64,000 nt of DNA from Candidatus Poribacteria bacterium (GTDB lineage Bacteria; Poribacteria; WGA-4E; WGA-3G), in contig OZ243938.1 of assembly GCA_965214095.1 (NCBI GenBank), forward strand, positions 2,912,001 through 2,976,000. Direction: 5' to 3'. A model generated the notes under the pieces. That model was not told where the DNA came from and did not search any database. It saw only the letters and a list, made by a program, of their open reading frames with translations. Within the stretch, counting starts at the first letter, position 1, and every line of letters begins with the position of its first letter. The position numbers and the translations under genes are program-made. This document shows positions 50,279 to 59,375 of the stretch, piece by piece.

Positions 50279-51607
50279 TCATTTCGCAGTTCTTGCTGGT
50301 TTTGGTCGTGGTCTTGCATTCTGTCCAGCATCTGCTGTCATCATTTCAAGAAATTCTTCATTGGTTTCGGTTTTGCCGAACTGTTTAATTAGTAGCTCCA
50401 TAGATTCAGCCATACTCATTTGGCTGATAACTTTTCTTAAGACCCAGACTTTGTTGAGGACATCTGGTTCTAACAAGAGTTCTTCACGGCGTGTTTTGGA
50501 TTTTTCAATGTTGATTGCCGGGAAAATTCGAAGTTCCAACAATGTACGATCCATATGGATTTCCATGTTGGCAGTTCCTTTGAATTCTTCATAGATGTGT
50601 GTATCTGAACGACTTTCAGTATCTACAAGTACTGAAGCGATAATGGTCAGACTGCCACCCCCTTCAAATTTCCGTGCTGCACCACAGAATTTGCGAGGCT
50701 CTACAATCGCCATCGCATCTAATCCACCTGAAAGAGTTCTTCCACTGTGGGGTGCAGTCATGTTATATGCCCTTGCCAGACGGGTCATACTATCGAGTAG
50801 TATAACGACATCTTCACCAGATTCCACCATTCGTTTAGCCTTTTCAATTGCCATTTCAGCGACCTGTGTATGGCGTTCAGGGGGTTCATCAAATGTAGAA
50901 CTAATGACTTCACCTTTAACTGTACGCACGACATCAGTTACTTCTTCAGGTCGCTCATCAATGAGCAAGAAGATGATCGAAACTTCAGGGTGGTTTGATT
51001 CAATACCGCAAGCGATATTTTTGAGAAGCGTTGTTTTTCCACTAAAAGGTGGGGCGACAATTAGACCGCGCTGTCCTTTTCCTATCGGTGCAATCAGGTC
51101 AAGGATCCGAGTCCCGAATTCAGAAGCTTTATGTTCTAACTTCAATTTTTCATACGGGAAAATCGGGTCGAGATTGCCAAAAGGAATTCGCGACTTGACT
51201 AATTCGGGAGGCGAACCGTTGACGTTCTCAATCTGTAACAAAGCAAAATAACGTTCAGTCTTGTTCTCCGATTTTTTGGGAGGACGCACTAATCCTTCTA
51301 CGACATGACCCGTTTGCAATCCGAACAACCGAATTTGTGAAGAAGAAACGTAAATATCTTCATCACTCTGCAGATAATTTGAACGTGGTGATCGAAGAAA
51401 ACCGTAATTTTGGTCACGGTCATCTAAGATTTGCAACACACCCTTTCCATAAAGCGGTATATTCTGTTCTGTGACCTGTCCAATAATCCGATTAATGAGT
51501 TCATCCTTACGTAATGAATCGGTCTCTTCAAGTCCGTAGGATTGCGCCATAGTCTTTAAGGTCGAAATCTCCATTTCTTGGAGCTTGCCTATTTCCAAGC
51601 TCTCCAT
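50279..51607 (-). CDS. rho: Transcription termination factor Rho
   Basis: YGFLRS, DIYVSSSQIR, PIGKGQRGLIVAPP, LLIDERPEEVTD, LLDSMTRLARAYN, EEFKGT. Confidence 0.97.
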   Translation of the reverse strand: MESLEIGKLQEMEISTLKTMAQSYGLEETDSLRKDELINRIIGQVTEQNIPLYGKGVLQILDDRDQNYGFLRSPRSNYLQSDEDIYVSSSQIRLFGLQTGHVVEGLVRPPKKSENKTERYFALLQIENVNGSPPELVKSRIPFGNLDPIFPYEKLKLEHKASEFGTRILDLIAPIGKGQRGLIVAPPFSGKTTLLKNIACGIESNHPEVSIIFLLIDERPEEVTDVVRTVKGEVISSTFDEPPERHTQVAEMAIEKAKRMVESGEDVVILLDSMTRLARAYNMTAPHSGRTLSGGLDAMAIVEPRKFCGAARKFEGGGSLTIIASVLVDTESRSDTHIYEEFKGTANMEIHMDRTLLELRIFPAINIEKSKTRREELLLEPDVLNKVWVLRKVISQMSMAESMELLIKQFGKTETNEEFLEMMTADAGQNARPRPKPARTAK

Positions 51608-52023
51608 AGTTACTTATACTCCTCGTGAATACCTATTCCCAGTTAGCAATTCAATATCCGTTGTTTGAACTATGTGAAAAATTGCTATAATGGTATCAGG
51701 TAAATACTTACATATTTGACAGTACAGATAAAAGTTCTGTAAGACTGTCTTTATTTTCGTAATGATACTCCTAACAACGATGCAGGAGTGTAAATTAGAT
51801 TGAATTGTTAAGATAGTTTGAACCTTATTAGACATTTTTGGGATAATTTTATCGTGCCTGGCGGGCAAACAAGTCTATGGAATCACAATTACATTATTGT
51901 GGCGGGAACTTGTCTGACAAAAACTATTTGGGATTGATTCTTTTGGGGTCCGTAATGAAAATTATGGAAGGAATTTGACATCCTTTTTGTGTCGGGACCG
52001 ATTATTTGATTACATCACTTATT

Positions 52024-52052
52024 ATTATACACAATTTACGTTTAAATGTCAA
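52024..52052 (-). promoter_or_regulatory. Perfect-consensus sigma70 promoter upstream of rho
   Basis: Minus strand reads TTGACA, 17-nt spacer, TATAAT with a TGn extension (TGTGTATAAT). Confidence 0.8.
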
Positions 52053-52133
52053 GTCTATTTTAAAAAAGTTAAAAATAGATATAATACCGTTAAGTTTCTT
52101 ATGTCAATTCGATCAATGGCTATCCTTTTGAAC

Positions 52134-52263
52134 TAGTGGAGTTTCCATTCTTACATTGTAGGTCGGGTAGAGGAACGACACCCGACTTTATTGATGATAA
52201 ATGGCTGCATGTCGGGTTTCGTGCCTCTACCCGACCTACAAGATTAGTGTAGACAGAACACTA
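52134..52263. mobile_element. 130-bp filled MITE
   Basis: Reverse complement of 26475-26603; followed by three further REP-like remnants up to 52390. Confidence 0.85.
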
Positions 52264-52389
52264 GACTGTAAGAGGCGCGTGAATTACGCTGCTATGACCG
52301 CATCAGTGAGACTAAATCAGAGGTCAAACCCCTCCAACAATACCGGAGGCGGAGCACAGATGCCCCGCCTTACACTTATAGGATGGACA

Positions 52390-54324
52390 CTACTCAGAAC
52401 TATCCTTTAATGGTTTTAATCTCTGCATTACTTTAGTATTGTATTTGTCCTTTTCCAAATATCCTTCCCATAGAGTTATTGCCTCGTCATTGTATCCTTT
52501 AGATACATAGTAATCTCCAAGTGCAATAACAGGTATGTCCAATTGCGGGTCTTTCTCAATAGCCTCTTTGAATGCATCTATGGCAGCTTGTTCATCACCT
52601 TTAATAAGAGCGATCTCACCCTTGGCATAAGGTAGCAATGAATGATCTGGATATTCAGTGGTGAGGGTTTCAATCATCTTTTGACTATCTTCTTCTCTAC
52701 CTTGTTTAAAGACAGCAATTGCGGCAAGTACTGTGCCATATCCATATTGATGTGTAAGCAACTTTCTCTCTGCAGGGTTTTCAGATTTATCCAGATGCCG
52801 TTTTGCAGTTCTGGCGGCAGCCTTATACTTTATATTTGCTTTACCGTATTCTCCGTGTTTATAACAAACGTCACCAAGTGTCTTCATAGTTACAAAAGAA
52901 TCTCTTTTATTTTCAACAAGGTCTTGGAAAATAACAGCGGTCTTTCGGTCTTTCAATCGGAAATGAAGCACCTCAGCAAGGCTTTGCAGAGCATCCGTAT
53001 CATCAGGATTTTTTGCAACAGCGCGTTCAAATGCATCTCTTTCTTTTTCGTATTCACCCAATTTTTCGTAAGTCTTTCCGATTAACCAGTATAATTCCGC
53101 ATCTTTTGCGCGATTTATACCGATGACAGAGTTAAATGTCTCTAAGGCTTTTTCATATTCTTCATTTGTATACTGATTCTGTCCGGTACTAATTATTGCA
53201 TCAATAACTTTTGGGTTTCGGGCTGCAGCTTTTTTCAGGACATTTGCTGCCTTTTGGTGCATGCCAAGCTTGCGATAACAAACAGAGAGTCGAATGTAAT
53301 TGATCGGTTCTATTTTTGCTTTATCATTCTCTGCGCGTGCGATTGCATCAAAGAGCAGTGCGCCAGCATCACGATATTGTTCTTCACCGTAAAAGAGACC
53401 AGCGATCATCAGTTCAGCGTCATAGTAAGTACCCTGATCGTCACCTGCTATAGGAGTTCCACCACCGAAATTTCTCATGACTTCTTCCGCGCTAATTCCA
53501 AACCCGGAATCCTCAATCACCACATTAGATTGCACAGCACGACTTCTTTCAGTACCTTGTGGACGGTCACGTTCACGTCGCTCTTCTTGTCTTCTCATTG
53601 CACGTCCAATTTGTGTATCTTCAGGGTTTTCTGGTTCCGGAATTGCAGCGTTGAGTTCATTCAATTCTTCTTTTGCCTTTTCAATCTCTGATTGTGCTGA
53701 ATCAAGTTTCCCGTATTTTTTCACCATATATTGGTAAGTGCGTTTTGCCTCTTCATCATCTTTAATTAATGTGCGTTGAATTCTCGCTTTGTTTGCAAGA
53801 GCTACAGCTGCGCGTTCACTTTGCGGATTTCGATTCGCATAATTATCAAACACTTCCACAGCTTGTTCAAATTTCTTCCCTTCTTCATAACTTTTTGCTA
53901 ACATTAATTGTGCTCGATGACTTGTTTCCAGTTGTGGGAAGTTGTTAATGATAGTATCAAATTGGACTTCTGCGGACTCATATTCTTGTTGACGGTAGTA
54001 ATGCATTCCCAATTCATAGTGTGCTTCGGCTGCTTCATCACTTTCAGGTGCCTCAGAGATGATGGCTTCATAAGCCTTGACACCTTCTGCAGGACGCTGC
54101 AGATTCTTCAAGTTAAGTTCACCAATTGCAAGTTGTGCCTTTCGTGCTTCAACAGTACCGGGTTGGGTATCAACTACACTTTGATATGCATCTAATGCAC
54201 CACGATAGTCTTTGGCTTCAACCAATTTATCTCCAGTACCAAGTGCATTTCCAGAGAGACAACCAACTTGTGTAAATGATAAAAGCAATAAAGCAGTAAG
54301 CAGACAGTAGTTCACATATTTCAT
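52390..54324 (-). CDS. TPR lipoprotein (BamD/CpoB-like repeats)
   Basis: AGGAGAG RBS; hydrophobic signal ending QVGC; many TPRs. Confidence 0.85.
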   Translation of the reverse strand: MKYVNYCLLTALLLLSFTQVGCLSGNALGTGDKLVEAKDYRGALDAYQSVVDTQPGTVEARKAQLAIGELNLKNLQRPAEGVKAYEAIISEAPESDEAAEAHYELGMHYYRQQEYESAEVQFDTIINNFPQLETSHRAQLMLAKSYEEGKKFEQAVEVFDNYANRNPQSERAAVALANKARIQRTLIKDDEEAKRTYQYMVKKYGKLDSAQSEIEKAKEELNELNAAIPEPENPEDTQIGRAMRRQEERRERDRPQGTERSRAVQSNVVIEDSGFGISAEEVMRNFGGGTPIAGDDQGTYYDAELMIAGLFYGEEQYRDAGALLFDAIARAENDKAKIEPINYIRLSVCYRKLGMHQKAANVLKKAAARNPKVIDAIISTGQNQYTNEEYEKALETFNSVIGINRAKDAELYWLIGKTYEKLGEYEKERDAFERAVAKNPDDTDALQSLAEVLHFRLKDRKTAVIFQDLVENKRDSFVTMKTLGDVCYKHGEYGKANIKYKAAARTAKRHLDKSENPAERKLLTHQYGYGTVLAAIAVFKQGREEDSQKMIETLTTEYPDHSLLPYAKGEIALIKGDEQAAIDAFKEAIEKDPQLDIPVIALGDYYVSKGYNDEAITLWEGYLEKDKYNTKVMQRLKPLKDSSE

Positions 54325-54361
54325 TGTTTCTCTCCTTACTATTTTGTATCATGCAAGCATT

Positions 54362-54499
54362 TATAGTAAAAACCATAATTATTTACACACTACGGTAGGT
54401 TCGGTTTCCTAACCGAACCGGTGTTTGTTCAGTGTTATAGCTGCGGTTAGGAAACCGCATCTACCGTGGAATGTGCACATATTTTTACATTTCACTATA
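54362..54499. mobile_element. 138-bp TATAGT...ACTATA MITE with REP doublet
   Basis: Reverse complement of 5995-6130. Confidence 0.85.
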
Positions 54500-54583
54500 T
54501 ATTAGTAACTCTTTATTATACGTACGTTCTTAGATTTAATGTGGGTTCGGTATAAGCAGTTTTGGTATTCGGTGTGGTTGTGC

Positions 54584-55717
54584 TTAATACATCTGTTTTG
54601 ATGCACATAAGTCAATTAGGTCTAATACTTCTTGTTGACTATAACCTTCTCTTTCAATTAGTTGTTCACAATCCACACTATTTTTTTCATCTGGACCTTT
54701 TCCAGCTTCAAGTATTGAGTTTGTCAACCAGCTTGTTCGTATTCCGTTGATGCCTGACGTATAGTTTGCATCATATTCACCTTTTACAAGTCCGACAAGT
54801 TGATCAACCTTACTCTGTGGATATCCTTCAGGTCTCGGATATGAAAGGTCTTCTGCTTCTCCACTCTTTGGTGTAAAACGGATTCCATTTTTGATTTCTA
54901 TAGTACCCTGGTCACCTTCAAGAATAACCCATTCTTCAAAACCGACCCGTGTGTTACCCATAATAGTGATTGTGCCTTCTGCATCGTTATCAAGGGTTAC
55001 ATCTGAGTATGAATTAATCTCAACGAATTTCGGTACAAGATTACCTTCATCGTCTTGAAATTTCATGTCGGTAGTGCCATAAACTTTAGCCGGCAATCTA
55101 TCTGTCATCCATAGAAAAATATCTTGTAGATGACTTCCTGAGTCATTCGGTTGTCCACCACCAGAGAAGCGGGGATCACCACGCCAGCCACCAGCCCCCC
55201 ATCGTTGTGCCATGTAGACCTCAAATTTCTGAAGTTCGCCAATACGGCCATCTGCGATTGCAAGTCTTCCTGTAATGTAGGTATTATCATAGTGTCGTTG
55301 ATAGCCACCGACAAGGTGTAGACCGCTACCGATTGCGATTTTTGTTATGGAAATTGCATCTCCAACGATGTTTGCCATCGGTTTTTCAACAATGACATGG
55401 CAACCCGCACGTAGGGCGTATTTGACATGAATATCGTGCAAGGAATGTGGTGAGAAGACACCGACAATATCTAAATCTTCATGGTTGAGCATCTCAACAT
55501 ATTCATGTTCACCGAAGTACCGTTTTAGACTTTTTGGTTTATAATCTTCAACCCGTTGCTGCAGGGCATTTTCTAAAGCATCTAAACTTCCTTCATGAGC
55601 ATCTGCAGCAGCGACAACTTCGCAATCGGGACGTGTTGCAAATCCCATAGTGTTTCCACGTCCTGCACCACCAGGTCCGATCACGCCTACTCTCAAAATA
55701 TCGTTCTTACTTGGCAT
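54584..55717 (-). CDS. Gfo/Idh/MocA family oxidoreductase
   Basis: VGVIGPGGAG, HVIVEKPMA, GGGQPNDSGSH; I prefer ATG at 55717 (GGAGA RBS) to the track start at 55744. Confidence 0.9.
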   Translation of the reverse strand: MPSKNDILRVGVIGPGGAGRGNTMGFATRPDCEVVAAADAHEGSLDALENALQQRVEDYKPKSLKRYFGEHEYVEMLNHEDLDIVGVFSPHSLHDIHVKYALRAGCHVIVEKPMANIVGDAISITKIAIGSGLHLVGGYQRHYDNTYITGRLAIADGRIGELQKFEVYMAQRWGAGGWRGDPRFSGGGQPNDSGSHLQDIFLWMTDRLPAKVYGTTDMKFQDDEGNLVPKFVEINSYSDVTLDNDAEGTITIMGNTRVGFEEWVILEGDQGTIEIKNGIRFTPKSGEAEDLSYPRPEGYPQSKVDQLVGLVKGEYDANYTSGINGIRTSWLTNSILEAGKGPDEKNSVDCEQLIEREGYSQQEVLDLIDLCASKQMY

Positions 55718-55919
55718 TCTATTTATATCTCCGAGGTATGTCAAATTATTTACAGTCGTTGGTTTAATTTGTGTACTCGTATACAGGTAATATCACAGTC
55801 TGAATAGGTTGCTGTCCTTTCCACACAATCTGTTGTAAACGATTTCAAGTGTGTAAGTAATCTTGTGATCAATTACAGTTTCATCACAGATTTGATTATT
55901 AGACAATTTCATCTTAAAC

Positions 55920-56660
55920 TTAACCACCAAATACGCGGAATAATTTCTTAATCGGATCATAGAACTGATCAACAACACGTTCTTTCAATGGAATAATTGC
56001 ATTGTCAGTAATCGTAATATGTTCGGGACAAACGTTCGTACAGCATTTCGTAATGTTACAATACCCTATACCGTCCGAATCTTTCAATTCTTCCAACCGA
56101 TTTTCTGTATCAATCGGGTGCATTTCCAATGAAGCTGCATAGACAAAATGTCTCGGTCCGATGAATTCGTCGTGCAGATGGTGTTCACGCAGAACGTGAC
56201 AAACATCTTGACAGAGAAAACATTCAATACATTTTCGGAACTCTTGGACATGATCAATATCCTTTTGTTCCATCCGCCATGTGCCGTCCTCAGCATCAGG
56301 AGGACGCGGTGTAAACGGTTTCATCTTCTCTTTAACTTTATAGTTCCACGACACATCTGTAACAAGGTCTTTGATAATCGGAAAAGCACGCATGGGTTCA
56401 ACGGTGACAGGTTGGTCAAGGGGAATATCGTTTAGACGTGTCATACACATCAACTTCGGATTGCCGTTTACCTCTGCAGAACACGAACCGCATTTACCTG
56501 CCTTGCAGTTCCATCTGACAGCCAGATCATTCGCTTGTTCGGCTTGTATGCGGTGGACAGCATCTAAAACCACCATGCCTTCAGAGACTTCGGTTTCGTA
56601 ATCAACGAAATCTGCCTCGTTTGCATCTCCACGCCAGATTCTAAAAGTTGCTTTATCCAT
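55920..56660 (-). CDS. sdhB: Succinate dehydrogenase/fumarate reductase Fe-S subunit (Sdh1-like)
   Basis: WNCKAGKCGSC, CIECFLCQDVC, CNITKCCTNVCP. Confidence 0.93.
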   Translation of the reverse strand: MDKATFRIWRGDANEADFVDYETEVSEGMVVLDAVHRIQAEQANDLAVRWNCKAGKCGSCSAEVNGNPKLMCMTRLNDIPLDQPVTVEPMRAFPIIKDLVTDVSWNYKVKEKMKPFTPRPPDAEDGTWRMEQKDIDHVQEFRKCIECFLCQDVCHVLREHHLHDEFIGPRHFVYAASLEMHPIDTENRLEELKDSDGIGYCNITKCCTNVCPEHITITDNAIIPLKERVVDQFYDPIKKLFRVFGG

Positions 56661-56681
56661 TGTGTTTCCTTCCAGTCTCGT

Positions 56682-58499
56682 TTATCCCATTTCCTCTATT
56701 ATCTGCTGATACTCTTCTGTTAATTCGGGAACGGGTTCACGTCGAATTGCCATTGTATTATCTTCAGTTTTATGGACAATCGTGTTATACTTTCCTGCAC
56801 CTTGTTCCTCTTTCTCAGGGAAATCATCACGAGAATGTGCCCCGATACTTGCCCTACGTTCAAGTGCTGCAAGTGCAATCGCCTCAGAAACTGTGATTAG
56901 ACAGTCGAGGTCAAGTGCTGTATGCCATCCTGAGTTGTATTCACGATTACCGATAGTATGCACGTTCTCTGCTTTTTCTCGCAAGGTCTGCACCTCTTCC
57001 AAGGCTTGTGTTAGGTTTTCTTGGCTTCGGGCAATGCCTACTAATTCTTGCATCTTATCCTGAAGTTCCGATTGAATCTGATATGGGTTCTCACCACCCT
57101 CTGGGTTATCAAATGGTTTAAGAACATGTTGAGCGATTTCTTCAACTGAACTTTCCTCAAGCGGTACAGCCCCGTTTTCTTCTGCAAACTGCGCTGCATA
57201 TTCACCAGCACGTTTGCCAAAAACAAGTAAGTCAGACAAGGAGTTACCACCGAGACGGTTTGCCCCGTGTAGACCTGCTGCACATTCACCTGCTGCGAAC
57301 AGACCGGGAACACATGTCATCTGCGTGTCGGGATCAACACGAATGCCACCCATGATATAGTGAGTCGTTGGTCCGACTTCCATCGGTTCTTCGGTGATGT
57401 CGATGTCGGCAAGTTCTTTGAACTGATGATACATGCTTGGCAGTTTTCTGCGGATATGTTCTTGTGCGTTCGGTATTTTCTCCTTTATCCATGCGATGTC
57501 TAAGAATACGCCACCATGCGGACTACCTCTGCCTTCGTGGACTTCACGGACGATACAACGCGCTACATGGTCACGTGTCAATAGTTCAGGCGGTCTGCGT
57601 GCCTCACGATCACCTTGTGTGTAAAGCCATCCTTCTTCAGGGCTGTCTGCAGTTTGGTTCACATAGAGTTCTGGAATATCATCAAACATGAAGCGGTTGC
57701 CTTCATTGTTCGTAAGGATTCCTCCTTCTCCTCTCACACCCTCAGTTACTAATATACCACGCACACTTGGGGGCCAGACCATACCTGTTGGATGAAATTG
57801 GACAAATTCCATATCAATCAGTTCCGCACCCGCATGATATGCAAGCGAATGTCCATCACCTGTATATTCCCAACTATTGCTTGTGATTTTATATGCTTTT
57901 CCGACTCCACCTGTTGCTACTACAATTGCTTTCGCAGAAAAGATTTTGAAACGACCTTTCTCACGTTCATAACCGAAAGCACCTGAGACCCTATCACCCG
58001 TTTTGAGAAGTGTGGTGATGGTATTCTCCATGTGGACTTCAATGCCTTGGTGAATACCGTGGTCTTGAAGTGCGCGAATCATCTCCAAACCTGTGCGGTC
58101 GCCAACGTGTGCAAGTCGCGGATACTGATGACCTCCGAAGTTTCGTTGTAAGATACTACCGTCCTGTGTGCGATCAAAGAGTGCACCCCATCCTTCAAGT
58201 TCACGGACTCGGTCAGGAGATTCCTTAGCGTGCAGTTCTGCCATCCGAGCGTTAGAGAGATACTGTCCACCACGCATTGTGTCAGCAAAATGCACTCGCC
58301 AACTGTCTCTTTCATCAACATTTGCTAAAGCAGCGGCAACACCACCTTCAGCCATCACAGTATGTGCTTTTCCAAGCAGTGATTTACAGACCAATCCAAC
58401 CTTTAGGTCTCCTGTAGCTGCCTCGATAGCAGCCCGTAATCCTGCTCCGCCAGCTCCGATTATTAACACGTCGTAATCAAAAGTTTCGTAAGATGCCAA
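56682..58499 (-). CDS. sdhA: Succinate dehydrogenase/fumarate reductase flavoprotein (Sdh1-like)
   Basis: TTG start; GAGGAG, AHTVMAEGG (FAD His), QFHPTG, HYIMGG, HGANRLGGNSL. Confidence 0.94.
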   Translation of the reverse strand: MASYETFDYDVLIIGAGGAGLRAAIEAATGDLKVGLVCKSLLGKAHTVMAEGGVAAALANVDERDSWRVHFADTMRGGQYLSNARMAELHAKESPDRVRELEGWGALFDRTQDGSILQRNFGGHQYPRLAHVGDRTGLEMIRALQDHGIHQGIEVHMENTITTLLKTGDRVSGAFGYEREKGRFKIFSAKAIVVATGGVGKAYKITSNSWEYTGDGHSLAYHAGAELIDMEFVQFHPTGMVWPPSVRGILVTEGVRGEGGILTNNEGNRFMFDDIPELYVNQTADSPEEGWLYTQGDREARRPPELLTRDHVARCIVREVHEGRGSPHGGVFLDIAWIKEKIPNAQEHIRRKLPSMYHQFKELADIDITEEPMEVGPTTHYIMGGIRVDPDTQMTCVPGLFAAGECAAGLHGANRLGGNSLSDLLVFGKRAGEYAAQFAEENGAVPLEESSVEEIAQHVLKPFDNPEGGENPYQIQSELQDKMQELVGIARSQENLTQALEEVQTLREKAENVHTIGNREYNSGWHTALDLDCLITVSEAIALAALERRASIGAHSRDDFPEKEEQGAGKYNTIVHKTEDNTMAIRREPVPELTEEYQQIIEEMG

Positions 58500-58527
58500 T
58501 CTAAAATTTCCTCTCTATAGACATAAC

Positions 58528-59316
58528 TTAAAACGTAATCCAATCTTTAAAATCATATACAGAAGCCATAAAAACATATAAATCAGAAAAACCGACCCAA
58601 CATAAACTCATCCATGCCCACAGCATGTGTTTACTGTTCAGACAACTGATACAGTTATACATATTTCTGCGAATAGGTGCTTTAGATAACAGATCAACAA
58701 CGCCACCCACAAGATGTCGTAAAGAGTGACAGCCAAGTGTATATCCACCTAAGAATACTACATTTCCTGCTAATATTATAGTTCCAATTCCAATTCCAAA
58801 TTTTTCTCCATCTTCAAACCAGAGTGCCTTCCATACATCGTAAGACAGGATGCCTAAAAATATGATGGCAATATACATAAAATATCTATGAATGTTTTGA
58901 ATTATCAATGGAAATGAATGTTCTCCGCGATAGCCTTTACGTGGTTCTGAAACTGAGCATGAAGGTGGATCTGCCCAAAATGCTTTGTAATATGCACCGC
59001 GATAGTAGTAGCATGTAAAGCGGAATCCGAGTGGTGCCCACAAAATGAGAACAGCAGGCGTAATAAAAGCAGGCATCCATTCTGGCATCACGCCAAACCA
59101 ACTATGTGCCCCATCAGGACTAAAAAGCAGCGGTGAATAAAAAGGCGACAAGTAGGCTTCATGAAGGTAATGTTGTCCCCAAAAAACCCGAAATGTTGCG
59201 TAGACTATGAATACTCCTAACCCGATAAATACTGCTAATGGTTGTACCCACCATGTATCTTTTCGTTGGGTTTGGAATGGTCGATTATCAATTAATGTTA
59301 ACTCTGGGTGTGCCAT
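58528..59316 (-). CDS. Succinate dehydrogenase membrane anchor, Rv0249c/Sdh1C-like
   Basis: YLSPFYSP, GFRFTCYYYRGAYYKAF, QNIHRYF, YTLGCHSLRHLVGG, HMLWAWMSL; first gene of the sdh operon. Confidence 0.85.
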   Translation of the reverse strand: MAHPELTLIDNRPFQTQRKDTWWVQPLAVFIGLGVFIVYATFRVFWGQHYLHEAYLSPFYSPLLFSPDGAHSWFGVMPEWMPAFITPAVLILWAPLGFRFTCYYYRGAYYKAFWADPPSCSVSEPRKGYRGEHSFPLIIQNIHRYFMYIAIIFLGILSYDVWKALWFEDGEKFGIGIGTIILAGNVVFLGGYTLGCHSLRHLVGGVVDLLSKAPIRRNMYNCISCLNSKHMLWAWMSLCWVGFSDLYVFMASVYDFKDWITF

Positions 59317-59341
59317 TTACAATAATTCCTTTATGTTGTAT

Positions 59342-59370
59342 AGGATACAATAATTTAAGAATAAATGCAA
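59342..59370 (-). promoter_or_regulatory. Possible sigma70 promoter of the sdh operon
   Basis: TTGCAT, 17-nt spacer, TATCCT on the minus strand. Confidence 0.35.
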
Positions 59371-59375
59371 GTTGT

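Noticed and set aside
51614-51868. 84-aa ORF upstream of rho
   Set aside because: No recognisable motif or RBS and a non-ATG start; better explained as leader sequence, though translation is not excluded.
52201-52410. 69-aa ORF
   Set aside because: It is read through stacked repeat elements.
1260-54500. Repeat hairpins as tRNAs, attC sites or ordinary terminators
   Set aside because: No cloverleaf, no RYYYAAC/GTTRRRY cassette pattern or integrase, mostly no U tracts; multi-copy GTAG-footed hairpins fit REP/MITE better.
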